Under the pieces are notes generated by a model, which saw only the letters and a list, made by a program, of their open reading frames with translations, had not been told where the DNA came from and did no database searches. Below, in pieces: positions 18,600 to 27,728 of a DNA stretch of 64,000 nucleotides. How positions within the stretch are numbered: the first letter of the stretch is position 1; every line of letters starts with the position of its first letter. The stretch lies in UHGV virus genome UHGV-0140522; one strand, given 5' to 3'. The translations under genes were made by a program, and so were the position numbers. This stretch comes from a virus.

Positions 18600-19481
18600 G
18601 AAATTTACACGAATAAGCTCGGTGGCTAGACGATCTCCCTTGAATTTGTGGTCTATCTCGTCTAAGTCTGTTTGATTAACGATAGATGCGATGTACGCTG
18701 AGAAGTTGTTCAAGGCGTCTCGCATCTCATCCATATAATCGTGGCGATCATAGACGCGATCTATCCCTTCAAGACTGTGGTTCATAATCTTACGAGCCAC
18801 CTCCTGGTTAATCCCTAGAGCAGGGAAATAACTACGCGCTGTACGTCTCAGATCGCGTGGGGTGAATGACTCAACCTCCATCAACTCAGGTCGTTCCAGT
18901 ATCCTTCTCAGTGCCTGGGCAATGGCCACCTTAGACATTGGCGTATCCACGCCCTTCTTCTTATTCGAAGGAACGAGCCACTGGCTGCCTTTCCCGTACT
19001 CAAACAACTCTTCCACGCATTTGCGCATTAATGGGCTTAACGGCAGCGCGTGCTGTCTGGCCGATTTGTTACGCGTACCTTGATTCCATACATCACGTTG
19101 AAGGTTGAACTCATCCTTTCTGGCTCGGAGCACTTCATCGGGGCGTCTGGCAGCGACAAGACAGAGCCTGGCCGCCCACTTTGTGCCTTCGCACACATTG
19201 AAGTAATCCCAGACGTTCCAGAATACCCAGACCTCGGCGTCGGTCAGCTTACGTTCGCGCGGTACTGGCTTTGCGCCACCGGCAACTCTGTTGAGCGACA
19301 TATCATTCAACGGTGATGTATCAATCAGCCCCTGAAAGGCGCACCAGCTCAGGAACTGTTTCATCAGGGAGAACACACGTCTGCCCTGGACGATCTTGCC
19401 TTCCAGTATCAGCGGGTTCACCAGCTGGTTAACCAAGACCCTACTTATATCACTTACCTTTACTTCAGAGATATGCGGCAT
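18591..19481 (-). CDS. tyrosine recombinase / integrase-family (XerCD-size core; alternative upstream start at 19697)
   Basis: C-terminal catalytic signature (LRRTA .. HSLEG..R..Y..RHDY: R, H-x-x-R, Y); the N-terminal 72 aa of the track ORF look non-coding. Confidence 0.7.
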   Translation of the reverse strand: MPHISEVKVSDISRVLVNQLVNPLILEGKIVQGRRVFSLMKQFLSWCAFQGLIDTSPLNDMSLNRVAGGAKPVPRERKLTDAEVWVFWNVWDYFNVCEGTKWAARLCLVAARRPDEVLRARKDEFNLQRDVWNQGTRNKSARQHALPLSPLMRKCVEELFEYGKGSQWLVPSNKKKGVDTPMSKVAIAQALRRILERPELMEVESFTPRDLRRTARSYFPALGINQEVARKIMNHSLEGIDRVYDRHDYMDEMRDALNNFSAYIASIVNQTDLDEIDHKFKGDRLATELIRVNFSQ

Positions 19482-19794
19482 TACATGTATCAAAACACAA
19501 TGAACAGCTATTTCAGGTCGACGCCTCGTTATCAGTAAAGATAAGCGAGTGAATAACATGAAGGCGGAAGAAAATGACATGTCTCCGTCGAATTTGGCGG
19601 TCGACATTGCCGACAAACCGGAAGCGCGTTCGAGGTACTCGATGGCTTCCCGAGAGGTGTTTTCTGCTGCGCGTGCTTTATCAAAGGTGTTTTTCATCGT
19701 CCACTCACTGAGTGAAGCCCTTTTACTGTATGTATAAACAGTATATTAGGCATAAGTTTCTGTATGATCAACCATAAAATAGCCTGTTTTGTAC

Positions 19795-19827
19795 AATGAT
19801 TCCATACTTACTAGGTATGGAATCATT
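19795..19827. promoter_or_regulatory. perfect 13-bp inverted repeat AATGATTCCATAC-N7-GTATGGAATCATT (operator-like)
   Basis: Read directly; the GTATGGAATCAT half-site recurs near 24962 and 25985. Confidence 0.5.
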
Positions 19828-19870
19828 AAAGGGCGGAAATTTAAATTCTGAGGTTTTATTAGCGTGATTG

Positions 19871-20281
19871 TCACGGATTAGTGAGCGCTTGAAATGCAGC
19901 GGCGTATGCAGCGATATCGGCCATAATTTTTGGATCTTTCGCATACTGATGTGCGTTGTTAGGGAAGATTGCCAATAGGCTATACACATCTTGGAAATGT
20001 GCATGTTGACTGTAAACGAGTGCGCGGTCGCTTGTGCAATTGAATCTGTTGCGGCTGCTGGTTCGTTCTTGCTTCGTGAACAAGAGATGAACGTGATAAA
20101 CGCGGGAGGACACGATAGCACCCGGAGCCGTATACGGGCCATCTTTGCCGAATACGGCTGGGCACATGCCTTGTTTAAGCGACGTGAAATCGTCGAGTAA
20201 CGTGATCTTTAAGTCAGGCTTTATATCGAAGGTCGGCTGTAAAAATTGGGCGTAACTATCACTGTTCCATGTGACCTTCAT
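19871..20281 (-). CDS. hypothetical protein (136 aa)
   Basis: ORF track; an alternative overlapping frame (19768..20142) is judged less likely. Confidence 0.4.
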   Translation of the reverse strand: MKVTWNSDSYAQFLQPTFDIKPDLKITLLDDFTSLKQGMCPAVFGKDGPYTAPGAIVSSRVYHVHLLFTKQERTSSRNRFNCTSDRALVYSQHAHFQDVYSLLAIFPNNAHQYAKDPKIMADIAAYAAAFQALTNP

Positions 20282-20290
20282 CGTTCAACC

Positions 20291-20899
20291 TCAATGGAAT
20301 GAGAAGTTGGCGAAGACGTCCTCATCAATGAGGCCAGTCTGCGATTCGATGACGTCTACGTCGTTAAAACACTGATTTAAAATCAATAGCAGATCAGAGA
20401 TAGCCAAACGATACTCAGTTACAGAATCGCTCAGGCGCTTCAAGTATGGATGAGGTTGCTCAGAGTCACGAATCAACTTGTTAACGAATCCCTCCAAACC
20501 ACGAATGGTCAGGTCAACGTTCTTCAGTTCTTCGTAACGGCTTTCACCGAAGCTGCTGCGAATCTTTTCCGCTTTCCATCCAGAGATGGCATTAGCCAGG
20601 CGAACGTGTTTCGCCGTCAATTCTGCGAGCTTGCTTTCGATCTCTGCCAGCTGTGCGGCATCGCCGTTCTCCTGAACAGGGATACCTGCGGTTCTCACAT
20701 AGGTTTGTTCTTTGAATCCTGCGAATTTTGCAGAGTGCTTCACCGTGCCACGGAAGCGTCGATATCCAAGCGGCTCAATAAAGACACGCCCAGATTTAGC
20801 TTTAGGCTTTGCATTTGAAAAGCGCGAAGCGTTAGAGGTCACAGTAGCAAGGGCATTGCTAATGACACTCATATCTTCCAGGCAATTTTCTAAACGCAT
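20291..20899 (-). CDS. hypothetical protein (202 aa)
   Basis: ORF with an AAGAGG RBS. Confidence 0.45.
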   Translation of the reverse strand: MRLENCLEDMSVISNALATVTSNASRFSNAKPKAKSGRVFIEPLGYRRFRGTVKHSAKFAGFKEQTYVRTAGIPVQENGDAAQLAEIESKLAELTAKHVRLANAISGWKAEKIRSSFGESRYEELKNVDLTIRGLEGFVNKLIRDSEQPHPYLKRLSDSVTEYRLAISDLLLILNQCFNDVDVIESQTGLIDEDVFANFSFH

Positions 20900-20969
20900 A
20901 AAACCTCTTAACTACTCAATGGCTCGTAACTAAGTGTACGCTGTGTTGATGAAAGCGACAAATAATAAA

Positions 20970-20987
20970 CGGCCCCAAAAGGAGCCG
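20970..20987 (-). terminator. probable intrinsic terminator after the glutaredoxin gene
   Basis: CGGCCCC-AAAA-GGAGCCG hairpin (one mismatch) followed by a T-rich run on the minus strand. Confidence 0.35.
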
Positions 20988-20994
20988 TATTGTA

Positions 20995-21243
20995 TTACAG
21001 AGTGCTCGCAAAAGCAGCAAATTCTGTATAGCCGCCGATAGGTTCACCATTTACGAACACCTGCGGTATGGTTTCCACCGGCTTGCCAACCAGGTCGCTT
21101 AACTTCTCTTTGTCGATCCCGGCAGACACAATATCGATGTATTCGTAATCACCAAAGTCGTGGCCGTGCAGCTGCTTCGCCAGCTCGACCGCACGTTTGC
21201 AGTATGAGCAATTATCCCGTCCGTAGATAACGACCTTCATCAC
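20995..21243 (-). CDS. glutaredoxin-like protein (CSYC active site)
   Basis: VVIYGRDNCSYCKRA and a thioredoxin-fold pattern; 82 aa. Confidence 0.7.
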   Translation of the reverse strand: MMKVVIYGRDNCSYCKRAVELAKQLHGHDFGDYEYIDIVSAGIDKEKLSDLVGKPVETIPQVFVNGEPIGGYTEFAAFASTL

Positions 21244-21599
21244 TTCACCTCGTGCAGCTGCTGCTTGAGAAGATAGCCTTCCAGGGGCCAGATTTTGGCA
21301 ATCGCGTTCTGGCGTGCAATTTTACGTCCGATCTCCGGATCAAAGTTCTCCGGGCTGGCGCACGCAGACTCGCCGGTTACGGTGTAGCCGTTCTCCAGCA
21401 CAAGAACGCAGAAGGTCAGCAGTTCGAGCGGGGCCGGTTCAGGCTCTTCCTGCTTCAGCCACAACGGTGAGCTGCGATATCCGTCCGCGCCGGTAAAGTA
21501 AAACTCGCCTGAGATAACAGCTTCAATGCGTTCCGGGGTAACACGCGCGGCCGTTTTGCCTTTGGCCACAATCTCTTTTTCGATATCCATATCGGTCAT
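21240..21599 (-). CDS. hypothetical protein (119 aa)
   Basis: ORF track; 4-bp overlap with the next gene. Confidence 0.45.
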   Translation of the reverse strand: MTDMDIEKEIVAKGKTAARVTPERIEAVISGEFYFTGADGYRSSPLWLKQEEPEPAPLELLTFCVLVLENGYTVTGESACASPENFDPEIGRKIARQNAIAKIWPLEGYLLKQQLHEVK

Positions 21600-21614
21600 T
21601 TTGGTTTCCTTACG

Positions 21615-21818
21615 TTAAAACTGAGCGATCCGGGCACGAAGAATCAGGTCATACGCCTTCATCGTGTCCAGCTGCTTAATGAGGATGATGCGGTCGACAT
21701 ACAGCAGGCGAGCAAACTCGTCGCCGGCAATGTATGCCTCCAGTTCTTTTATGCGGCTACACAGTTCTTCGTGTTCATCCATGACACGTTTCTGGTGTGG
21801 CAGGTACTCTTTGGTCAT
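21615..21818 (-). CDS. hypothetical protein (67 aa)
   Basis: ORF track. Confidence 0.4.
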   Translation of the reverse strand: MTKEYLPHQKRVMDEHEELCSRIKELEAYIAGDEFARLLYVDRIILIKQLDTMKAYDLILRARIAQF

Positions 21819-21827
21819 TGGCTTTCC

Positions 21828-22601
21828 TTACTGATAGGCTTCCAGTGCGACTTTGCATAGCTCAGAACGCACGCAGTCTTCGGTCGCAAACTCAATAAGG
21901 CCAACATGGGAGGAAGGTTTAAAACGCTCCAGTGCATCTTCCAGACCAGACTTAACATTGCCTGGCAGGTCGCATTGCGTCACATCTCCGTTCACAATGA
22001 CGGTTACGTTCTCGCCCATACGGGTCAGGAACATTTTCATTTGTGACGCTGTAACGTTTTGCGCCTCATCCAGAATGACTACAGCGTTCTCGAATGTGCG
22101 CCCACGCATGTAAGCGAAGGGGGCAATTTCTACTTTGGCCACCTCTGGCTTTAAGCAATATTCAAGGAACGAGCCACCCAAACGCTTCTGTAGCACGTCA
22201 TAGACGGGCCGGAAGAACGGAGCGAACTTCTCGCTCATGTCGCCCGGAAGGAAGCCCAGATCTTCTTCTGCTTGCAATACCGGACGCGTCACGATGATCT
22301 TCCCGACTTCCTTATCCAGCAGACGCTGCGCTGCGACGGCAGCTGCCAGGTACGTTTTGCCGCAGCCAGCTTCGCCTGTGGCGAACGTTAGCGTTTTGGT
22401 ATCGAGGGAGATGAGATAGTGGGCCTGGGCCTCGTTTCGCGCTTCGAGAGGAGAGTTGTCGCGCTTCGGTTTCGGAGGCAGAGCAGGGGCGGCAGCCAGT
22501 TCGTCAACAATGATTGTGTCAATTTCGTAGCCGTGGATGCGTGGTTTTGACTTCAGAGCCTGACGAGCTGCGCGACGCGTCTGTTTACGTTTGTTTCCCA
22601 T
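21828..22601 (-). CDS. phoH: PhoH-like ATPase (start at MGNKRKQ)
   Basis: Walker A GEAGCGKT; Walker B VILDEAQN; the typical PhoH C-terminal block; AAAGGAC RBS before the internal ATG. Confidence 0.8.
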   Translation of the reverse strand: MGNKRKQTRRAARQALKSKPRIHGYEIDTIIVDELAAAPALPPKPKRDNSPLEARNEAQAHYLISLDTKTLTFATGEAGCGKTYLAAAVAAQRLLDKEVGKIIVTRPVLQAEEDLGFLPGDMSEKFAPFFRPVYDVLQKRLGGSFLEYCLKPEVAKVEIAPFAYMRGRTFENAVVILDEAQNVTASQMKMFLTRMGENVTVIVNGDVTQCDLPGNVKSGLEDALERFKPSSHVGLIEFATEDCVRSELCKVALEAYQ

Positions 22602-22841
22602 ATTGAGTCCTTTCAAGTGAGTAACTGAAAGTACTATACATTAGAAACACAAAAAAGATAAGTGTGTACCTACCTATCAGAATGACTTCAACAAAGTTTT
22701 TTACGGTATTAAAGGGGGAAAATAAAGTTTTTTTAGTTATTATAGGATAGGCGCTTTGCTTCAATCATGACTACTATGAAGCGGTCATGTGATACAGTTT
22801 AAGCTTGCCAGTGCGTCTACTAAAGGAATACTGAAATTATT

Positions 22842-24431
22842 ATGACGATACCAGCCAAAATAGATACCACTAATTTACTCACTATACTTGGAGTGATCGC
22901 TGCCGTATGGGCAATAATTACTCCTACCAGCAGACTGCGATTTCGTTTTTGTATGACTCGGTGGGACCTACTAATCATTGGGCTGATTTTTATACTAGCT
23001 AATTATTTGGTTTTTGCACCTGCATTAAGACAAGTTGGACTGTATTACAGTTTCGGACCGTGGATATGGGGATTGGATAGTTCGAGTGCAGTATATCTAT
23101 TGTTTCTCTTGGCTGCCTCATATCTTTTCATTCGGCTAAAATCGCCAACATTAAATCGAGGTAAAATAACACTATTTCTTGAGCTAATTGAGAGTTTACA
23201 TCTTACCAAAAAATATGATGAGTTAGTATTGTTAGTTGAGCCTCAGTTAGACGAAATAATATCCCTTGCTAATGGAAAACCGAACCTTATTGTTCAATGG
23301 ATTGATAAGCTATATGGCGGCTCCGATCGAAATGCGTTATTGAATGGAGAAGAACCCAAAGAACGAAATGTCTTGGTGAAAGGTCTATATTCCCTACTAA
23401 GTCCTTTGCGTGAAAAGCTATCATCAAATTATGAAGCCAGTGATAAAGCCCGAGAGGTTTTGCTGAATATACTAACTTCTCCTGATCTTACAAGGCATCT
23501 TTCACTTGCATATCCTCATTTTTGTTTGAGGCTTATTGGTGCTGATGAGGTCGTTCGTTCTGATTTCATTGATAGATTTATTAATTCGCTGCTTGACTCA
23601 CCTGGTAGTCGTCTTTATGTAGAACTTAAAAATAACCAAAATACATGTACTGGAGGACGTCTTGCGATACCTGAAACCAACCGCTTGCTTCACTTTTTCT
23701 TTGCCGACTCAGTGTATGCAAGTAAAAGTGGCATATATAGAGCTATAGGTGAATCTGTTTGCTGGCGTTTAGATGAAGACAGTAAGTTATCAGAAATACT
23801 AAACAAGCCCCTTGGCTCTTACCGTGAGCAAAGTAGATTTAGTTGTCCTATTAATTCTGGAATAACAATGTTCGAAATTATGGTGCATCAAGGTATTCAT
23901 CAAAGATTGCAAGATCATCTTTGGCTGCATTATTTCAAACACTTTGCTGAAAAAATATTATATCAAATGAAAGTTCAGAGTATTGACTCAATCGCAGAAC
24001 ATCAAACACCATATCACTATCTTCTATGTCGCCTATTCGGTATTGCTATAGATTGGGCAGAACAAAGTTCATATATAAAAACAGTTAATAATTCTAAGGA
24101 GGATAGTAGGTATATCCCTAAGGAAGCGACGAAAGTATTAGGCTCTATGTTAGAGCATGTTATTCCTAGCCTGAAATTGAAGGGGTACTCAAAAGTATCC
24201 ATATTACAGATGGTTGTCACCTGTTACACCAGGCTCGAAGAAAGGCAGATTAATGATATAGGTGAGGCATTATTGATACACACAACAACGGGGGAATTTA
24301 ACTCTACAAGTTTAACATATCGTAGGAAGCTTCTATCGATATTCAAACGAATGGACCCTTACTTACAGGGAAATGCAAAAAAATTCAGAGAAAAGATAGA
24401 ATTGGCTATTCAAATTAAACTTAACAGGTAA
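22842..24431 (+). CDS. AT-rich accessory membrane protein (529 aa; 3 N-terminal TM helices plus a large soluble domain), unknown function
   Basis: Opposite strand to the core genes; lower GC than neighbours; own terminator; no recognisable catalytic motif. Confidence 0.6.
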   Translation: MTIPAKIDTTNLLTILGVIAAVWAIITPTSRLRFRFCMTRWDLLIIGLIFILANYLVFAPALRQVGLYYSFGPWIWGLDSSSAVYLLFLLAASYLFIRLKSPTLNRGKITLFLELIESLHLTKKYDELVLLVEPQLDEIISLANGKPNLIVQWIDKLYGGSDRNALLNGEEPKERNVLVKGLYSLLSPLREKLSSNYEASDKAREVLLNILTSPDLTRHLSLAYPHFCLRLIGADEVVRSDFIDRFINSLLDSPGSRLYVELKNNQNTCTGGRLAIPETNRLLHFFFADSVYASKSGIYRAIGESVCWRLDEDSKLSEILNKPLGSYREQSRFSCPINSGITMFEIMVHQGIHQRLQDHLWLHYFKHFAEKILYQMKVQSIDSIAEHQTPYHYLLCRLFGIAIDWAEQSSYIKTVNNSKEDSRYIPKEATKVLGSMLEHVIPSLKLKGYSKVSILQMVVTCYTRLEERQINDIGEALLIHTTTGEFNSTSLTYRRKLLSIFKRMDPYLQGNAKKFREKIELAIQIKLNR

Positions 24432-24547
24432 TGGTTTAATTAAGCAGAGGAGCAAGGTCCTCGATTATGACATTGGTGTTATTAAATGAAATTGACTAAC
24501 TTTGTCTTTTTTTTCAAGTAATATTGTTCTTTTTTGCTAATCTTACA

Positions 24548-24567
24548 AAAGGGGCCGAAGCCCCTTT
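24548..24567. terminator. bidirectional terminator (AAAGGGGC-CGAA-GCCCCTTT)
   Basis: Perfect stem flanked by A/T runs, between the plus-strand gene and the tRNA. Confidence 0.6.
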
Positions 24568-24641
24568 AATTATTTGCGCTGAAAAAAGTGTTGCTACGAT
24601 GCTAAGAAGCAATGGTTAAGAACGTCTGCCGTGTCTATCAC

Positions 24642-24719
24642 AGCGCTGAACGGTCTGGCGACATTTTGCGGAGTCTTTCCGTTCGGACGGTGGTGGCGAA
24701 CTCCAAACCGTTCAGCGCT
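24642..24719 (-). other. 13-bp perfect inverted repeat (AGCGCTGAACGGT ... ACCGTTCAGCGCT) with a structured 52-nt interior, immediately 3' of the tRNA
   Basis: Read directly; nested GGAGT/ACTCC and CCGT/ACGG pairings; not a tRNA. Confidence 0.4.
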
Positions 24720-24723
24720 ATGT

Positions 24724-24798
24724 TGGCGATGGTGGGTGGACTCGAACCACCGACCAGTTGATTAACAGTCAACCGCTCTACCACTGAGCTACACCATC
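24724..24798 (-). tRNA. tRNA-Asn (anticodon GTT), CCA encoded
   Basis: Cloverleaf: acceptor GATGGTG/CACCATC, D-arm GCTCAGTGGTAGAGC, anticodon loop CTGTTAA, T-arm GGTGGTTCGAGTCCACC, discriminator G, CCA. Confidence 0.9.
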
Positions 24799-25046
24799 AT
24801 TTTCGCGGCGGTACTTGTTCATGGACAACCAGGCAACCAAGAACTTTCCCGCAACTTGCACTTTACGTTAGTGCCAGACGAGGCTTATGGCTCGCTCACA
24901 TAGAGCGAAGATCTGGAATCCTTCTCGGCGGTTGACGGCCGCCAGACTCTTCGATCTTATTGGATGTATGGAATCATCCATGTTGTGGAACCAGGGGCTA
25001 CATAGGCAACAATGATTTCACCAGAGGGTTAAAGAATCCTGCTTTC

Positions 25047-25160
25047 ACAACGTTGAGGCCACTGAACCGATTTATGTTCGACCCAACATATTGATCAGTC
25101 ACTACAGCTCTGTGGAATCACCTGTATGATTAAAAGAAAAACAGTGACCTCAACGTTGTG
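25047..25160. repeat. long imperfect inverted repeat (CACAACGTTGAGGCCACTG ... CAGTGACCTCAACGTTGTG) in an ORF-free region; further hairpins at ~25238-25314 and ~25322-25352
   Basis: Read directly; 18 of 19 bp complementary across ~115 nt. Confidence 0.4.
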
Positions 25161-25545
25161 CGCTGGCTAACCAAGCCAGCCGGGTTACGTCGCCGCTTTT
25201 AACCCAAGATTAAACGACATAAGTAATGGAAATGACGTAACAGGATGGACGGTCAGCTGGCTGAAACCGGGATGATGGAATGGAATGAGGAAACCAACCG
25301 CCCATCCTGTTACTTCATCGAATAGGGCATGGGTGGTGCAACATGCCCTATCCTGCGTTCTACAATCACACTCGCTCAGTGTGTCCCATTTCGGTGACGA
25401 GGCTGGAAACTGACCTCGCTGGTGTTTGGCTTCTTAGGCTACTGCCAGGTACGTATCTTCGTTTGCAGTTATATTTAACGTTCAAACAGTCGCGTCTCAA
25501 CGAAAACAAATGAATCTTATACATAACAGATAAGTAAGTAAATAC

Positions 25546-25851
25546 TTATTTTTCTGTGACTCGTTCAGTTGCTATCTTTTTGACCAAGCTCACCTTCTGT
25601 TCCGGCGTTCTAGTGATGATGGCCGTAAAACGCTTCGCTTGAATAGTGATAGTTTCGTTCTCCTTCAGTTCGCCGTAGTGAGTCTCCAGCAGAGAACCCA
25701 GGCGCCACAGACCGTCATCTATGCGTTTATGGCTGGCAAATCTGATCAGCAGTAGCTTTACGATTAACTGACCAGTGTAAAAGGCATATCCGAAGCCGGC
25801 CGCCACAAGGTAGGTTGCCAGCCACCAGTCGAAAGAGGTCAAATTGCTCAT
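25546..25851 (-). CDS. small membrane protein (101 aa, N-terminal TM)
   Basis: ORF track; hydrophobic N-terminus. Confidence 0.45.
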   Translation of the reverse strand: MSNLTSFDWWLATYLVAAGFGYAFYTGQLIVKLLLIRFASHKRIDDGLWRLGSLLETHYGELKENETITIQAKRFTAIITRTPEQKVSLVKKIATERVTEK

Positions 25852-26000
25852 TTCCGCACTCCCGTCTCGTGAACAACCCGATACAGACGCTTACCGATGC
25901 GAAGCGTTTTGGTTTTCAGTTCCTGCCTGACCAGGTCGCGACAGATACTGAAGCCGAGGGCCACGCCCCCAGCAAAAGATAATAGGATGTATGGAATCAT
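25848..26000 (-). CDS. small membrane protein (~50 aa, MIPYILLSFAGGVALGF...)
   Basis: Own translation; the ATG lies inside the repeated GTATGGAATCAT motif; stop/start overlaps with the neighbours. Confidence 0.3.
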   Translation of the reverse strand: MIPYILLSFAGGVALGFSICRDLVRQELKTKTLRIGKRLYRVVHETGVRK

Positions 26001-26212
26001 TAGAACGCCCCCGCCTCAGTCAATTGCTGCAACAGTGAGTGTCCTTTTTCAGTGAGTTGATAGTTCTCCACACATCCCTTTGGCGAAACGTTAGCGACAA
26101 GATTCATGCGTTCCAGTTTGGCGCGGGTCTTTGGCTTCCAGTTAGCGTAGAACTCCTTCCACTGGCTGATTTCACGCAGAGTTTCTTTCTCCCGTTTACT
26201 TAGCATGATCAT
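26000..26212 (-). CDS. hypothetical protein (70 aa)
   Basis: ORF track. Confidence 0.4.
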   Translation of the reverse strand: MIMLSKREKETLREISQWKEFYANWKPKTRAKLERMNLVANVSPKGCVENYQLTEKGHSLLQQLTEAGAF

Positions 26213-26371
26213 CCTTAATATCCTTCAGTGTGTACGTGATATCTACAATGCGGTAAATGCGGCCACGTCTCTGCATGACACCGGCTTTTACGTAATCGTT
26301 GATGCAGCTGGACGTAACCAGACTGCCGATAACAATGCCGACGACCAAAATTACAATCATCCAGCCGAGCA

Positions 26372-27694
26372 TCAGTCTTTATCTCCAATACGGTCTTCGG
26401 TATCTCGCAGACATTTCGGCCACTTCAGACGTGGGTGGCGTAAGCTACCGTCTGGCGTTTTCTCATGGCAGTGAACCTCAACGATGCGTCCACGATACTT
26501 CTCCTGATTGTTCCAGATCTCGTCCAGGTACTTATGCTTGATACCGCTGGCACGAACGATGACGCCGTTCTCCAGACGAATCACTATCTTGCCCAGCGTA
26601 TGCGCAAAGCCAGAGTCCGGGTCGCCTGGCTCGAAGTCGATGATTTCACCGTCTTCGGAATCCTCGTCTTTCAGCTTCCACCAGCTGCGGGTGCGTTTGA
26701 ACTCGTAAACAGAATCCGGATCTTTGCCCATCTCCCCCTCTTCGTTCTCGTCCAGGCGCTTCATAAAGCGTTCGATAAAGTCTTCATGGCTATGGATGAT
26801 GTAGAACGGATGCAGGTGGATATCTTGCGCGTAATCTTCCCCGCAAGTGTTGCGGAATAACGCCACCAGCATAGCCAGGCGCTCTTTCAGCTTCATGCCG
26901 GTCTTCAGGTACTCTTTGCTTTTTGCCTGAGCACGCCACTCCGGTAAGAAGAAATCGAAGATGTGGTAAACGGCACCAATGGCTGTCACGTTCTTCTTGC
27001 GAAGCGCCGACACGGACTGGTTGAACGTACCTGCAGTACCCTCACCATCGAAAAAGATGTGCTTGAAACCGGAGAGTCTGCCTCGCTCCAGCATGGCCGG
27101 TTTAAGGTGATCGAGTGACGTAATCGGATTGCCGGTACGCGTCAGGAAGTTCACCTCTTCCTCGTCAACGATGACTTCGCAGATAACCCGGAGACCATCG
27201 AGTTTGAGGCTGCCGATCATTGGCCACTTGGCCTTTGGATTTGGTTTAAATGGGTATTTGTCGCCTTTCTCCTTGTACGGAGACGCCAGCTGTACCTCAA
27301 ACTTCGGAATTGGGTTTTCGAACACCTTGTTGCACAGACTGATACCGACACCGGCTTTCGGATCTTTCAGCAGGAAGCGACGAAACACGTCCTGCCCGTC
27401 AGCGCACATTGAGGCAACGAGTGATTCGACAGCAGTAACGGCCGCGTTCCCGGTCAGTTCGCGCGCCGCCAGCTTCTCCAGCAGCTCTACTACCTTCTGG
27501 TCGCTGGGTACGGACGTATCGAGTGGCTCGGCCACTTTGTACTTCTTCACACCGAATCGAATGAATGGGTTGAGCATTAGCGAGACCATGCTCTGCTCAA
27601 ATCCATCAAGATTGGCCAGCGCCTCTTTCTTGGCGTTTGTTCCCATCGTTTTTATGGCATCCAGCTTGTGCTTTAGGGCGATCAGTTTTTCCAT
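26372..27694 (-). CDS. ATP-dependent DNA ligase
   Basis: Adenylation motif I KLDGLR (SLKLDGLRVI); size 440 aa; GGAGG RBS. Confidence 0.8.
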   Translation of the reverse strand: MEKLIALKHKLDAIKTMGTNAKKEALANLDGFEQSMVSLMLNPFIRFGVKKYKVAEPLDTSVPSDQKVVELLEKLAARELTGNAAVTAVESLVASMCADGQDVFRRFLLKDPKAGVGISLCNKVFENPIPKFEVQLASPYKEKGDKYPFKPNPKAKWPMIGSLKLDGLRVICEVIVDEEEVNFLTRTGNPITSLDHLKPAMLERGRLSGFKHIFFDGEGTAGTFNQSVSALRKKNVTAIGAVYHIFDFFLPEWRAQAKSKEYLKTGMKLKERLAMLVALFRNTCGEDYAQDIHLHPFYIIHSHEDFIERFMKRLDENEEGEMGKDPDSVYEFKRTRSWWKLKDEDSEDGEIIDFEPGDPDSGFAHTLGKIVIRLENGVIVRASGIKHKYLDEIWNNQEKYRGRIVEVHCHEKTPDGSLRHPRLKWPKCLRDTEDRIGDKD

Positions 27695-27728
27695 TAGTGT
27701 TTAACCTCCATCGGTCGCTCGGGAGTTT

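Noticed and set aside
18591-19697. Full-length 368-aa integrase start at 19697
   Set aside because: The first ~72 residues have non-protein-like composition and no RBS. The catalytic core beginning at MPHISEV (19481) matches XerCD-size recombinases. It is kept as an alternative because lambda-type integrases do have N-terminal arm-binding domains.
19768-20142. 124-aa ORF overlapping 19871..20281 in another frame
   Set aside because: The two are mutually exclusive over most of their length. The 136-aa frame has more protein-like composition and follows the upstream gene directly.
24724-24798. tRNA-Asn as the chromosomal integration (att) site of a prophage, given the tyrosine recombinase 5 kb away
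   Set aside because: The tRNA is full-length with encoded CCA, and phage/plasmid genes (PhoH, ligase, replication genes) continue on both sides with no host genes. It is therefore more likely an element-encoded tRNA. An att function cannot be fully excluded without the complete replicon.
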